This document shows positions 39,556 through 50,315 of a stretch of DNA of 64,000 bases, piece after piece. A model generated the notes under the pieces. The model saw nothing but the letters and a program-made list of their open reading frames with translations. It made no database searches and was not told the DNA's origin. Every line of letters begins with the position of its first letter. Within the stretch, counting starts at the first letter, position 1. The position numbers and the translations under genes are program-made. Source of the DNA: Clostridia bacterium (GTDB lineage Bacteria > Bacillota > Clostridia > TANB77 > CAG-465). The stretch lies in the NCBI GenBank assembly GCA_036635835.1, contig JAVWPP010000001.1, positions 68,890 through 132,889 on the forward strand, given 5' to 3'.

Positions 39556-40449
39556 TTATTTTTTTTGATTCTTCATTTTATTTGCAATGTTTTCAAAGTC
39601 AAACCAAAGTGGTGATGCAACAAAAATTGAAGAATAAGTTCCACTAAATAATCCAATTATAAGTGGGAATGCAAAATCTTGAAGTACTTGTTGATTGTAA
39701 ATTAAAGCTACAATAAACAGTACAACTGCACATGCTACTGTTGTTAAACTAGTATATACGCATCTTGTAAATACATCTTTTATGCTTGAATTTATAACTT
39801 CAGCACTATCTGCTTTTGCAAGTTTCTTTTTATTTTCTCTAATTCTGTCGTAAACTATCAAAGTATCATTAATTGAATAACCTATAATTGTTAATATAGC
39901 TGCAACAAATACTGAATTTACAGGCACTTTAAATACTGTATAAATTGTAAACATTATTAATACGTCATGTACTAATGCAAGTACTGCTGAAAGCCCTGCT
40001 GTAAAGCCCATTACTCTAAATCTGAATGCAACATAAATTAAGATCATAAGCACTGAAAAACCAACTGCTTTAAGCGCTGAACTTATAAGTTCTTTTCCGA
40101 AAGCTGGTTGTATGTTTTTAGTTGTTGGTTCATTCATTTCCGGATATTTTTCTTTTAATTTATTTACTATTTTTTGCATATCTTCTGTTGAAATAGTATT
40201 TGTAGTGATACTAATTGATTTTTGATCAGTACCCACCTTTTGTATTAATGGTTCTTGTTTAATTGTTTCTTTAACAAGTTTCTCTATTTCGTTATTATCA
40301 AAAGTTTTACCTAAATTAGCTTCTATAGTTGTTCCACCTTTAAAATCTATATCTAATTTGAAACCTGTAAATATTGCTGATATTATACCAATACATATTA
40401 CTATTATTGATGCCATGTAGAATTTTTTTCTATTTTCAATTATTTTCAT
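39556..40449 (-). CDS. secF: Protein translocase subunit SecF
   Basis: 297 aa polytopic protein immediately downstream of secD. Confidence 0.85.
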   Translation of the reverse strand: MKIIENRKKFYMASIIVICIGIISAIFTGFKLDIDFKGGTTIEANLGKTFDNNEIEKLVKETIKQEPLIQKVGTDQKSISITTNTISTEDMQKIVNKLKEKYPEMNEPTTKNIQPAFGKELISSALKAVGFSVLMILIYVAFRFRVMGFTAGLSAVLALVHDVLIMFTIYTVFKVPVNSVFVAAILTIIGYSINDTLIVYDRIRENKKKLAKADSAEVINSSIKDVFTRCVYTSLTTVACAVVLFIVALIYNQQVLQDFAFPLIIGLFSGTYSSIFVASPLWFDFENIANKMKNQKK

Positions 40450-40450
40450 T

Positions 40451-41734
40451 TTACTTAGCCCCCTTTACAGCAAAAATTTCCTTGTGGTTTTTAGCTAGTC
40501 CAATAAGTTGTTTTAATAAGAATTTAGTTATAAATATTGATGTAAACATACTTAAAAGTACACCTACTCCTAGTACCATACCAAATCCTTTTATTGTTCC
40601 TATACCAAAAATGTATAAGAATAAAGCTATTATTAAAGTTGTAATATTTCCATCTATTATAGCAGTAAGTGCTTTAGAAAAACTGTTTTCAAAAGCTTTT
40701 TCAACACTTCTACCAATTTTAATTTCTTCTTTTAATCTTTCAAATATTATTACGTTTGCATCTACAGCCATACCTATTGATAATATTAAACTGGCTATAC
40801 CAGGAAGTGTTAGGGTTATACCTGTTGCCGCAAGCAGTAGCAAGAATAACGCTGTATATGTAATCAATGAAAGTGCAGATACTATACCTGGAACTCTATA
40901 TACACATAGCATAAATATAATAACTAATGCTAGTGCAATTCCTCCAGCTAGTATGCTAACTTCTAAGGCTTGCTGACCTATAGTTGGTCCTACAAATTCT
41001 TTGTTTATTACTTTTAAACTAAATGGTAACGCACCAGATGAGATAAGCATTGATAATTGCTTAGCTTCCGCTCTTTTTGCATTAACTTCTTTTCCACCTA
41101 ATGTAATAATAGCACTTGGGCTATCTATTTCTTGGTTTACAAAAGGATCAGATATTTGTTGATCATCTAGGAATATTAAAATTTGTTTTCCTACGTTTTT
41201 CTTTGTAGCTTCTCTAAACTTTTTTCTTCCTTCTTCACTAAACTTAAGAACAACATGTGGTTCTGGTAATCCAGAATTATCTACTGGATCTTCGCTAAAC
41301 TCAGCACTTGCAACATCTGTACCAGCTAAGATAACATTTCCTTGCTCATCCTTAAATTGAATTATAGCAGTCTTATCTAAGCCTTCAACAACTTTTAAAG
41401 GATCTGCTTTTCCTTTTATATCTGCTGGAATTTCTAAATATATATATCCTTTTGAGCTATCTGCTCTAGTTGTAGCATCATATATATTTTTTCCTTCTAA
41501 TCTTTTTCTAAGTACTTCTACTGCTTTATTAAGGTCTGTATCTGTAACAACTTTGTCTGTATCTGCTTCATATACAATAGAAACACCTCCGCTTATGTCA
41601 AGTCCTGTTTGAATTTTTTTAGCGGATTTAACATATTCTTTTTTATTTATTACTACGCCATTTAATGCTATGTAGCATAATACACAAATAACTATAACTG
41701 AAATTATTAATTTTAATACGTTTTGTTTTTTCAT
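40451..41734 (-). CDS. secD: Protein translocase subunit SecD
   Basis: 427 aa, large periplasmic loop plus 6 TM; adjacent to secF. Confidence 0.85.
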   Translation of the reverse strand: MKKQNVLKLIISVIVICVLCYIALNGVVINKKEYVKSAKKIQTGLDISGGVSIVYEADTDKVVTDTDLNKAVEVLRKRLEGKNIYDATTRADSSKGYIYLEIPADIKGKADPLKVVEGLDKTAIIQFKDEQGNVILAGTDVASAEFSEDPVDNSGLPEPHVVLKFSEEGRKKFREATKKNVGKQILIFLDDQQISDPFVNQEIDSPSAIITLGGKEVNAKRAEAKQLSMLISSGALPFSLKVINKEFVGPTIGQQALEVSILAGGIALALVIIFMLCVYRVPGIVSALSLITYTALFLLLLAATGITLTLPGIASLILSIGMAVDANVIIFERLKEEIKIGRSVEKAFENSFSKALTAIIDGNITTLIIALFLYIFGIGTIKGFGMVLGVGVLLSMFTSIFITKFLLKQLIGLAKNHKEIFAVKGAK

Positions 41735-41896
41735 CTATATTTCCTCCTATATCTTCATATACCTAATTAAATTAAATCTAATTTTCATTTAAATTAATTT
41801 AGTATTTGGTAACTTAAAACCACTATATTTATACCATAAAGCGAGCATAAAAGCAATGAATAGTAAATAAAAAAGCGAAAAGGAGTTAAATACTCC

Positions 41897-43297
41897 TTAT
41901 ACTTTTAGTTTAATATTTGTACCTTTACCTATTTCACTTTCAATTGTAACATCGAATTTATGTAAGTCAATTATATATTTTGCTATACACATACCAAGCC
42001 CATTTCCGTTTTTTTGCGGATCTACTTGATAGAATCTATCATAAATATGATCTACTTGTTCCTTACTCATTCCAATTCCATGATCTTTTATTGTTATTGT
42101 ACTATTTTCTAAAATAACTTCAACATTAGAACCTTTTTCTGAGTATTTAATAGCATTATCCATGAAAATAGTTAAGACCTGTTTTAACTTAAGATAATCT
42201 ATTTCAAAAATATTAGGATCTCTATTCTCATTTTTGAAAATCAAATTAATATCTTTATTTATAGCAATTTGTGTCATGTCATTTACTAAATCTCCAACTA
42301 ATTGATTTAAATCTAGTAGTTCCTTTTTTAAAATAACTTTTCCGGTTTGATATTTACTAAGATCTAAAACTTCATTAACAAGCCTCTCCAAAAGCTTAGT
42401 ATTTCTGATTATTTTATTATATACTTCATCCGATGGTTCAACTGTTCCATCTTGTAAATTTTCTACATATCCCCTTATTAAAGTAAGAGGCGTTTTGAAT
42501 TCATGAGAAACATTAGCAACAAGCTCTTTTGCGGATAATTCTAATCTTTTAATATCTTTTATATACTTTTCAAGTTCAACTGACATATTATCTAGCGCTA
42601 GCGCAAGTTCTCCTATTTCATCGTCTTGCTCAATACCTGTTTTTCTTCCGTAATTTCCTTTAGATATGTCTTTTGCAATTTGCGTCATTTTATCTATAGG
42701 TTTAGTAAATCTATATGAATAAATAACGCCAAGCACAATGCTAAGTAGCATTCCTATAACTATAGTAGCAGATACAGACTGCGCTAAATTATCATATTTA
42801 ACATAAATATCATCAATATTTTTATGTAAAAAGACAACACCAACTACATTATTACCTTTAGTTATTTTTCTTATTAAGGTCATTTGTTTATTATTAAAAT
42901 GTCCACTATATACAAATGAAACAATTGACATTTCCTTTGATTTTAAAAGCTTATCTACATCTCTTTGTATTTTATTTTTTATGTTTTCAGTATCTTTCAA
43001 ACCAGAATTTACAATGAGTTTATTGTTTTCTAATGTTAACATCCATATTTTTGTATCTGTTACCGTTGATAGTATTTCTACCGCTTCTGCATTTTGCATT
43101 ATATCATTATAATTATTTACACCACTGTTAGAAGCAGCAACAGTAGCTATTTGCCTAGCACTATTATCTAATTCATTTTTTCTTTCTTCTAATAATATAT
43201 CTCTATACTGCGTTAAAAAAAAGAAACCAATAACTACTGAAAGAAATAATACAATTGCTGATATTCCAATTACGAGTTTTTTGGTTATCCTTTTCAT
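41897..43297 (-). CDS. Sensor histidine kinase (HAMP plus HisKA/HATPase)
   Basis: H-box VSHEFKTPLT, G-boxes DHGIGM and GNGLGMCI; N-terminal TM sensor domain. Confidence 0.85.
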   Translation of the reverse strand: MKRITKKLVIGISAIVLFLSVVIGFFFLTQYRDILLEERKNELDNSARQIATVAASNSGVNNYNDIMQNAEAVEILSTVTDTKIWMLTLENNKLIVNSGLKDTENIKNKIQRDVDKLLKSKEMSIVSFVYSGHFNNKQMTLIRKITKGNNVVGVVFLHKNIDDIYVKYDNLAQSVSATIVIGMLLSIVLGVIYSYRFTKPIDKMTQIAKDISKGNYGRKTGIEQDDEIGELALALDNMSVELEKYIKDIKRLELSAKELVANVSHEFKTPLTLIRGYVENLQDGTVEPSDEVYNKIIRNTKLLERLVNEVLDLSKYQTGKVILKKELLDLNQLVGDLVNDMTQIAINKDINLIFKNENRDPNIFEIDYLKLKQVLTIFMDNAIKYSEKGSNVEVILENSTITIKDHGIGMSKEQVDHIYDRFYQVDPQKNGNGLGMCIAKYIIDLHKFDVTIESEIGKGTNIKLKV

Positions 43298-43298
43298 A

Positions 43299-43991
43299 TT
43301 ACTTTTCCTCTATTTCAAATTTATATCCAACGCCCCATACTGTTTTTATATCCCAAGTAAACTTTTTATCATTTAAACCTAGCTTTGCTCTAAGCCTTTT
43401 TATATGTGTATCTACATTTCTAGCATCTCCATAATACTCATATCCCCATAAAGTATTTAATAGTGTTTCCCTAGAATATACCATAGACGGGTGTTTTGCA
43501 AGTAAATACAATATTTCTATTTCTTTTTTTGTAAGCTCAACAATTTCTCCATCTATTCTTATTGTATATTCATCCATATTAATATTTAGATTTTCAACAT
43601 TTAGCACTTTATCGTTATCATTAGAAATATCTAATCTTCTAAGAATAGCTTTTACTTTTGCTACTACTTGTTTAGGGCTAAATGGTTTTACTATATAATC
43701 ATCTGCTCCAACGTCTAAACCCATGATAACATCCTCATCTTCTGATTTTGCAGTTATCATAATAATTGGTGTTTTGCTGTTTTTTCTTATTTCTTTACAT
43801 ACAGTTATTCCATCTTTTTTAGGCATCATTATGTCAAGCAAAACAATAAGCGGTTTTTTTTCATAAAACAATTTTTCTGCTTCTTCTCCATCTCTTGCTA
43901 TAACCGGCATAAAACCTTCTTTCACTAAGTGTGGGATTAGAAGATCTATTATTTCTTCATTATCATCTACTAACAATATTTCTTTATTCAT
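43299..43991 (-). CDS. OmpR-family response regulator
   Basis: Receiver domain with LLDIMMPKKDG; winged-helix C-terminus ending in VWGVGYKF. Confidence 0.9.
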   Translation of the reverse strand: MNKEILLVDDNEEIIDLLIPHLVKEGFMPVIARDGEEAEKLFYEKKPLIVLLDIMMPKKDGITVCKEIRKNSKTPIIMITAKSEDEDVIMGLDVGADDYIVKPFSPKQVVAKVKAILRRLDISNDNDKVLNVENLNINMDEYTIRIDGEIVELTKKEIEILYLLAKHPSMVYSRETLLNTLWGYEYYGDARNVDTHIKRLRAKLGLNDKKFTWDIKTVWGVGYKFEIEEK

Positions 43992-44106
43992 TTTTTCTCA
44001 CCTTTCATGTTATTTATTAAATACACTTTTTATAGTGCTTTATTTTAGCTTATTATACAATATATTTGTGTCTATTCTGTGTAGATGGTTTGACTAGATA
44101 TAGTTT

Positions 44107-45189
44107 TTATAGATTTTCAACAATATAGAAATAAGTTGAGTCTTTTAAAAATTGTATATTATTTATTCTATTTGCAATATATTTAGAAGCAGTCTTACCT
44201 CTAAGATATTCTCCATTTTTCCATACAAGTGGATCTACGTACCTTTTTTTTGCTTTCACATGCAAACATTCAACACCATCTAACACTATATCTGAACGCC
44301 CGACAAAAGTTATTTTAGTAAGCTCATTCCACATCTTTAACGCTTTACTTTTTTCATGCTTCATTAATGTATTAATGAAATCTTTTTCCGTCATTTTATA
44401 CATATTTTTTTCTGTTATTATACCATTATCAATAGTTTCTTTTAATATATTTCCTATAAGTAGCATGCTAAGCTTATTTTCATTTTGCTGAAGTAAAAAG
44501 CTATATTTATATGCTCCTTCATAAAATTTATCTGCTACTTCTTCATTGTTAAAGGCTATTTCCTTATTTTTATTTTCGTTAATCCCTACTTGTATAGCAC
44601 TATATATTTCTTTTATTTCCTTCATAGTCCATAATTTATTCCAAATATAATTGGTGCATAAAACACTTTCTAATCTATCTGCGCATAGTTTTGGTCCTTC
44701 ATTTTCTAAAATTCTATACTGAGTAATATCTTTAAAATCTGTCGCTTCCATTTTATCTAGTTCAAGCGCTTCAATTAATTTTTGATCTTTTGCTATCATA
44801 TCCAAAAGATTTTTTTCCGAAGAAATTTGCTTTTCAGAATCCCCATACATATAATCTACGCAGTGGCTAAAAATAGGGGTACCTGCGTCATGCAATAACG
44901 CAACAATAGTCTCCTTTTTATCTTTTGTTAGCTGCCAAACAATAAGCGCAACAGCTATGCTATGGTCGTACCTAGAATACCAATATTTTAATTCATGTGA
45001 CGGAAATAAGTTGTAATCTATGCCACAAAAATGTCCAACACCTTTTAATCTTTTCATAGTTTCTGTATTTAAGTACTTAGTTATAAATTCAGGAATACCT
45101 TCGTTTCCTGCTAATATTTCAAAATATTCTTGTATTTCTGAATTGTCGTTTAATATCATAATATCATCTCCAAAAATATTATATACCAA
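44107..45189 (-). CDS. HD-domain phosphohydrolase-like protein
   Basis: H...HD pattern (YDHSIAV ... LLHDAGTPIFSH). Confidence 0.4.
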   Translation of the reverse strand: MVYNIFGDDIMILNDNSEIQEYFEILAGNEGIPEFITKYLNTETMKRLKGVGHFCGIDYNLFPSHELKYWYSRYDHSIAVALIVWQLTKDKKETIVALLHDAGTPIFSHCVDYMYGDSEKQISSEKNLLDMIAKDQKLIEALELDKMEATDFKDITQYRILENEGPKLCADRLESVLCTNYIWNKLWTMKEIKEIYSAIQVGINENKNKEIAFNNEEVADKFYEGAYKYSFLLQQNENKLSMLLIGNILKETIDNGIITEKNMYKMTEKDFINTLMKHEKSKALKMWNELTKITFVGRSDIVLDGVECLHVKAKKRYVDPLVWKNGEYLRGKTASKYIANRINNIQFLKDSTYFYIVENL

Positions 45190-45309
45190 AATATAAATAT
45201 TTCAAAGTATTACTATCTTATTTTATGGTATACAACTTTAACGTATAAAAACTCAGTCTGCTACCTTAATATTCAGTACTGAGTTTTTACAAATACATAA
45301 CATATATAT

Positions 45310-46377
45310 TTAAATTATTGTTCCGCCACCAACAAGTATATCTTCGTCATAAAAAACTATAGCTTGTCCAGGTGTAACAGATTTTTGAGCTTCTGCAAAG
45401 GACACTTTTACATTTCCATTTTCAAGTGGATAAATTGTAGCTACAGCTTCTTTAGCAGAGTATCTTATTTTTGCAGTTACTATTATAGGCTTTATAAGTT
45501 TTTCAAAAGGCATAAAATTTAGGTTTGTGCAAATTAAAGATTCTGTATACAAATCTTTTTCTTCTCCTAATTTAACAGTGTTTTGTTCTACATCAACGCC
45601 AGTTACATACATAGGTTTACCAAAAGTTATACCTAGTCCTTTTCTTTGACCTATTGTATAATTTATTATACCTTGATGCTCTCCTAAAACTTTACCTTCT
45701 TTAGATATAAATTTACCTTTTTTAGGTACATAATTATAATTTTCTTTGATAAATCTAGAGTAATTATTATCTTCTACAAAACAAATTTCTTGACTTTCAC
45801 TTTTTTTAGCATTAATTAAATTTGCTTCTTCAGCAATTTTTCTAACTTCCGGCTTATTGTAGCTGCCAAGAGGCATTAATATATGTGAAAGCTGGTTTTG
45901 TGTTAAAGTATATAATGCATATGTTTGATCTTTTTCTATGGTTACAGATTTCCTTAGAAAATATCTTCCTGTTTCTTTATTGAAATCTACTTTTGCATAA
46001 TGCCCAGTAGCTATATAATCTGCACCAATAGAAATTGCTTTATCTAGTAAAGCTTCAAACTTAACATATCTATTACAAGCTATACATGGGTTTGGAGTTT
46101 TTCCGTTCATATATTCATTAGCAAAATAATCTATTACTTTTTTTTCAAAAACCTCTCTGAAATTATACACATAGTATGGTATATCTAGTTTTTTAGCAAC
46201 AGCTCTTGCATCATTTACTGCGTCTATATTGCAGCAAGCTTTATCACAAGTATTTTCGCTTTCACTTTCCCATAAATTCATTGTAATTCCTATTACATCA
46301 TAACCTTCTTTTTTCAACAATAATGCAGTTACAGAGCTATCCACTCCGCCACTCATTCCTACGACAACTTTCTTCAA
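45310..46377 (-). CDS. mnmA: tRNA-specific 2-thiouridylase MnmA
   Basis: PP-loop VVGMSGGVDSSV; conserved Cys residues. Confidence 0.9.
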   Translation of the reverse strand: MKKVVVGMSGGVDSSVTALLLKKEGYDVIGITMNLWESESENTCDKACCNIDAVNDARAVAKKLDIPYYVYNFREVFEKKVIDYFANEYMNGKTPNPCIACNRYVKFEALLDKAISIGADYIATGHYAKVDFNKETGRYFLRKSVTIEKDQTYALYTLTQNQLSHILMPLGSYNKPEVRKIAEEANLINAKKSESQEICFVEDNNYSRFIKENYNYVPKKGKFISKEGKVLGEHQGIINYTIGQRKGLGITFGKPMYVTGVDVEQNTVKLGEEKDLYTESLICTNLNFMPFEKLIKPIIVTAKIRYSAKEAVATIYPLENGNVKVSFAEAQKSVTPGQAIVFYDEDILVGGGTII

Positions 46378-46501
46378 AATATCCGCTCCTTTTTTACTAT
46401 TTACATAACATATATTATACTATGTAAACCTTTATATTTCAATATTTTTATTGAAATATGTCCTTTTAAGTGCTATAATATATGCGTTAGGAGAGATTTA
46501 T

Positions 46502-47092
46502 ATGGAAAAGAAGAAAGAAGAATTTATAACTTTATATAATAATTTAATACATAGAGAAGGCGCAGACAAATTACTAGATTATTTACTATCTAATACTAAC
46601 GATTTTTTTACTGCACCTGCAAGCACTAGATTTCATGGTAGTTTCGAAGGTGGACTTTTAGAACATAGCTTAAATGTGTATTATTGTTTAAAAGATTATC
46701 TTGGAAGAGAACGCGTACAAAACGAATATAGCATGAACTATACAGATGAAACTATAGCAATCGTTTCACTTTTACATGATATTTGTAAAATAAATTGCTA
46801 TAAAAAAGGATTTAGAAATGTTAAAGATGATAATGGAGTTTGGCAAAAAGTAGAGACATTTGAATTTGCAGATAACATGCCATATGGACACGGTGAAAAA
46901 TCTGTATATATAATTAACGGATTTATGAAACTATCACGTGAAGAAGCCTTTGCTATTAGGTATCACATGGGATTTTCAGGTACAGAAGATCAAAGAAATA
47001 TTGGATCTACTTTTGAGTTATTTCCTTTATCCTTCGCACTTTGTACAGCAGACATGGAAGCAACTTATTATCTAGAAGGAAAAAATAATTAA
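46502..47092 (+). CDS. HD-domain metal-dependent phosphohydrolase
   Basis: Start at MEKKKEEF (RBS AGGAGAG). H...LLHDICK HD signature. Confidence 0.5.
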   Translation: MEKKKEEFITLYNNLIHREGADKLLDYLLSNTNDFFTAPASTRFHGSFEGGLLEHSLNVYYCLKDYLGRERVQNEYSMNYTDETIAIVSLLHDICKINCYKKGFRNVKDDNGVWQKVETFEFADNMPYGHGEKSVYIINGFMKLSREEAFAIRYHMGFSGTEDQRNIGSTFELFPLSFALCTADMEATYYLEGKNN

Positions 47093-47340
47093 TTTTTAGG
47101 CCTATTATTTATATTGAAAAAGTATAACTTATTTCTTTATATTTATAGGACTTTTTTTATATTATCTAGTACTATAAGATATAATATTTTTTTAAAAAAT
47201 AGCTTGTTATTCATGTAGAAATGTTAAATCTGAAATAACGATAGCTATATGAATGATCAAATATGAACAAAAAAAACACTTTAAAGCGTTTATATAAACG
47301 TATCAAAGTGTTTTTTATTAATATAAGTATTGCTTCATGT

Positions 47341-47428
47341 TGGTGGGAATGATCGGAATCGAACCGATACGACTGTTAAGGTCGCAGGATTTTAAGTCCT
47401 GTGCGTCTGCCAGTTCCGCCACACTCCC
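47341..47428 (-). tRNA. tRNA-Leu (anticodon UAA) with long variable arm
   Basis: 88 nt. Acceptor stem GGGAGUG/CAUUCCC pairs. Anticodon loop CUUAAAA. T-loop GGTTCGATTCC. 3' ACCA encoded. Confidence 0.85.
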
Positions 47429-47495
47429 TCATATAAACAAATCCATATATTGTATTTAATTGTTTTGTATTTAGCTAGTGCTTCCTACGAATACT

Positions 47496-47524
47496 ATTAT
47501 AATATAGTTTAAATGTTTTGTCAA
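47496..47524 (-). promoter_or_regulatory. Consensus sigma-A promoter (TTGACA-17 nt-TATAAT) oriented toward tRNA-Leu
   Basis: The minus strand reads TTGACAaaacatttaaactatatTATAAT, about 65 nt upstream of the tRNA 5' end. Confidence 0.5.
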
Positions 47525-47580
47525 TAGTTTTTTAATTTTTTTATACCTTTTTTCAAGGATATAAATTATAAAACTAACTT

Positions 47581-47734
47581 CTATTAACTGTAATCTCGTT
47601 TAAACTAAATGTTGAGAAGAATCATAATCCTGTTAGAGAAATATTTCAATTGCTTAGATTTACTGACAAAAATCCAAGAAAAGGTTGATTTAACGTTCTC
47701 GCATATAATTTAGTAACTAGATTACAGTTAATAG
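47581..47734. repeat. Perfect 16-bp inverted repeat (ctattaactgtaatct / agattacagttaatag) separated by 122 bp, in the truA to tRNA-Leu intergenic region
   Basis: Direct inspection: 47581-47596 is the exact reverse complement of 47719-47734. Confidence 0.7.
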
Positions 47735-47891
47735 AAATTAGTTTTTCTATACATACATTATACAACAAAAAACAATAAAAAGCAACCCTTTAGTTACAAT
47801 TAATCCTTTTATGTAGAATTTAATCGGTAACTATACATTACTTTTCCATATAGAACTTGGTTTTTAATTATTTTTTATAAGTTCCTTGATT

Positions 47892-48626
47892 TTAATATTC
47901 AACTTCTACTAAATATAAGCCTTGTGGATCAACAGTGCGCCCTGCAAGTTTTCGATCTTTGTTTTCTAATATTTTTTCAATAATATCTACATCTAAATTT
48001 CCTCTACCAATTTCAATTAAAGTTCCTACCATTATTCTAACTTGGTTATATAGAAAGCCATTTCCAACAAAGTCTATAGTTATAATTCCATCTTCTTTTT
48101 TTATAGTAGCTTCTTCTATTATTCTTATTGTTTGTTTAATAACACTGCCAGTATTCATAAAGCCTGCAAAGTCATGTTCTCCCTCTAAATTTTGGATTGC
48201 ACTTTGCATTTTAAGAAAATCTAAAGGAAATTTGCAAAACATTTCTCTATTTCTATTTAAAGCAGATTTTATAGTTCTATTATTTATTATATATTTATAA
48301 TGTTTTTTCTTTGCACTCAGCCTTGCATGAAAAGAGTTATCCACAGTTTCCACATCTTTAACTACAATATCTACCGGTAAATTTGAATTTATTGCTTTAA
48401 GTAAAGATATAGGCTCTATTGCTAATTTTGTTTCAAAATTAACAACCTGATTTAATGCATGTACGCCGGCATCTGTTCTTCCAGAACCAAACACAGTAAC
48501 TTTTTCTTTTAGAATTTTTTCTAATACTTGTTCTAATGTTCCCTGTATAGTATTGTATAAAGGTTGCTTGGCAAATCCATGATAATTTGTTCCATCATAT
48601 TCAATTATAACTTTATAATTATTCAA
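47892..48626 (-). CDS. truA: tRNA pseudouridine(38-40) synthase TruA
   Basis: Likely TTG start (RBS AGGAAG) giving LNNYKVIIEYDGTNYHGFAKQ... Catalytic-Asp region GRTDAGVHA. Confidence 0.85.
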   Translation of the reverse strand: MNNYKVIIEYDGTNYHGFAKQPLYNTIQGTLEQVLEKILKEKVTVFGSGRTDAGVHALNQVVNFETKLAIEPISLLKAINSNLPVDIVVKDVETVDNSFHARLSAKKKHYKYIINNRTIKSALNRNREMFCKFPLDFLKMQSAIQNLEGEHDFAGFMNTGSVIKQTIRIIEEATIKKEDGIITIDFVGNGFLYNQVRIMVGTLIEIGRGNLDVDIIEKILENKDRKLAGRTVDPQGLYLVEVEY

Positions 48627-48690
48627 TATTATCTTCCTTTCGATTTTTAATATAATAAAAGATATGTAGCAAGGCCACATATCTTTATAA

Positions 48691-49569
48691 TTAACTTCTG
48701 TGATGTGTTTCTATAACTTCATTGTTATTTGCCACTTCAGCCATTTGGGTATATATTTGTGTAGACGCAATGTCTGTATGTCCTAAAACTTCTTGAACAA
48801 ATTTTAATTCTTGTCCACTTTGAAGCATGTGAACTGCAAACGTATGTCTAATTGTATGAGGTGTAAGTTCTTTATCGATTTTCGCTTGAACTTTATATTG
48901 TTTTAAAATCTTCCAAAAACCTTGTCTTGTCATTTTTTGACCATTAGCATTGATAAAAAGTACGTTTTCTTCTTCTGATTTAATCAAAAGTGGTCTAACG
49001 TTAGCAATATATGTTTTTACTGCTCTTATTGCACTGTTTGATAATGGTATAACTCTTTCTTTAGTCTTTTTCTTGATTTTAACTGTTCCATTTGAAATAT
49101 TTAAGTCATCTAACGTTAGTGAAACTAATTCAGTTACTCTAATTCCAGTAGCATAAAGTACTTCAAGCATTGCTCTGTCTCTTTGTCCTTTTAAATCAGT
49201 AGTATCTGGTTGTTCTAATAAATTTTCTACTTCTTTAATAGTTAAAATTCCTGGTTCTTTTTTTTCTACTTTTGGAACTTCAACTTTTTCAGCGATATTG
49301 CAATCTGCTAGTTTGTGTTTGCATAAATATCTATAAAACGCCTTGATAGACGCTATCCCCCTTGATATTGTAGCATTAGATTTGTTTTGACTTTGCATAT
49401 ATTCTGCGTATTTAGTTATGTCATCCTCTGTTGCATCAAATAGTTCCTTGTTGTTATTGTCTAAAAATTTAACAAGCTGATTGATGTCGCGCTCATATGA
49501 CAAAATTGTATTTTGAGATACCTGTCTGTTTTTTAGGTAATCAATAAAATCTTGTACTATTAACTTCAT
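48691..49569 (-). CDS. Tyrosine site-specific recombinase, XerD/XerC-like
   Basis: 292 aa; C-terminal HTIRHTFAVHML...LGHTDIASTQIYT with the R, H-x-x-R and Y catalytic residues; N-terminal SAM-like domain. Confidence 0.75.
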   Translation of the reverse strand: MKLIVQDFIDYLKNRQVSQNTILSYERDINQLVKFLDNNNKELFDATEDDITKYAEYMQSQNKSNATISRGIASIKAFYRYLCKHKLADCNIAEKVEVPKVEKKEPGILTIKEVENLLEQPDTTDLKGQRDRAMLEVLYATGIRVTELVSLTLDDLNISNGTVKIKKKTKERVIPLSNSAIRAVKTYIANVRPLLIKSEEENVLFINANGQKMTRQGFWKILKQYKVQAKIDKELTPHTIRHTFAVHMLQSGQELKFVQEVLGHTDIASTQIYTQMAEVANNNEVIETHHRS

Positions 49570-49799
49570 GTTCCCCTACCCCATTACATCATAATTCATA
49601 CTTTAGGCACATTGTTATTCTGTCCTCTATATGTTGACTTTATTTTATACTATTTTATATGATTTTGCAAGTCTTTTGATAAATTTTTATGTAAATTTTA
49701 AATTTTTATATGATTAAAAGAATTTTGTCGAATTTTGTCGAATTTTAGCGTTTTACATCTCTCAAATATTATAATATTTACATGAAATTGCATTTGTAT

Positions 49800-50237
49800 T
49801 TATATTCTTTTAATAGCATCTGTTGCAAGTTTATCACATACATTATTGTATTTATTAGTAGAATGCCCTTTCACTTTTATGAATTCCACTATGTTTTGTT
49901 CTAAAACCAACAAATCTAGTTCTCTCCACAAATCATCGTTTTTCACAGGTTGCTTACCAGCAGTCTTCCAGTTATTTTGTTTCCATGAAGTAATCCATTC
50001 TTTATCAAAAGCATTTACAACATAAGCACTATCACTATGTATTTTTACATTGCATTTTTCTTTTAACATTTTTAAAGCTTCTATTACCGCAGTTAATTCC
50101 ATCCTATTATTCGTTGTATCATTCTGAGATCCAGATATTTCTTTCTCATTGTTTTCATATATAAGCACAGCTCCCCATCCACCTGGTCCTGGGTTACCAC
50201 TACACGCTCCATCAGTGTATATAATTATATTTTTCAT
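49800..50237 (-). CDS. rnhA: Ribonuclease HI
   Basis: IYTDGACSGNPGPGGWG signature. Confidence 0.9.
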   Translation of the reverse strand: MKNIIIYTDGACSGNPGPGGWGAVLIYENNEKEISGSQNDTTNNRMELTAVIEALKMLKEKCNVKIHSDSAYVVNAFDKEWITSWKQNNWKTAGKQPVKNDDLWRELDLLVLEQNIVEFIKVKGHSTNKYNNVCDKLATDAIKRI

Positions 50238-50315
50238 TATGTCCTCCTTGAATATCTATGTTTTTTATGTTAATATACATTATATCAGTTTTATATAAAA
50301 AGTAAAGGAGAATTT

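Noticed and set aside
48691-49569. Tyrosine recombinase as a prophage/ICE integrase marking a mobile element at tRNA-Leu
   Set aside because: Its size (292 aa) and motifs match core XerC/XerD rather than phage integrases. No phage or ICE genes are adjacent, and no direct repeat of the tRNA 3' end was found. It is retained only as a low-interest synteny note.
49722-49750. gaattttgtc short tandem repeat as a regulatory or att site
   Set aside because: There are only about 2.5 copies of a 10-mer in AT-rich intergenic DNA, and there is no partner repeat elsewhere in the window.
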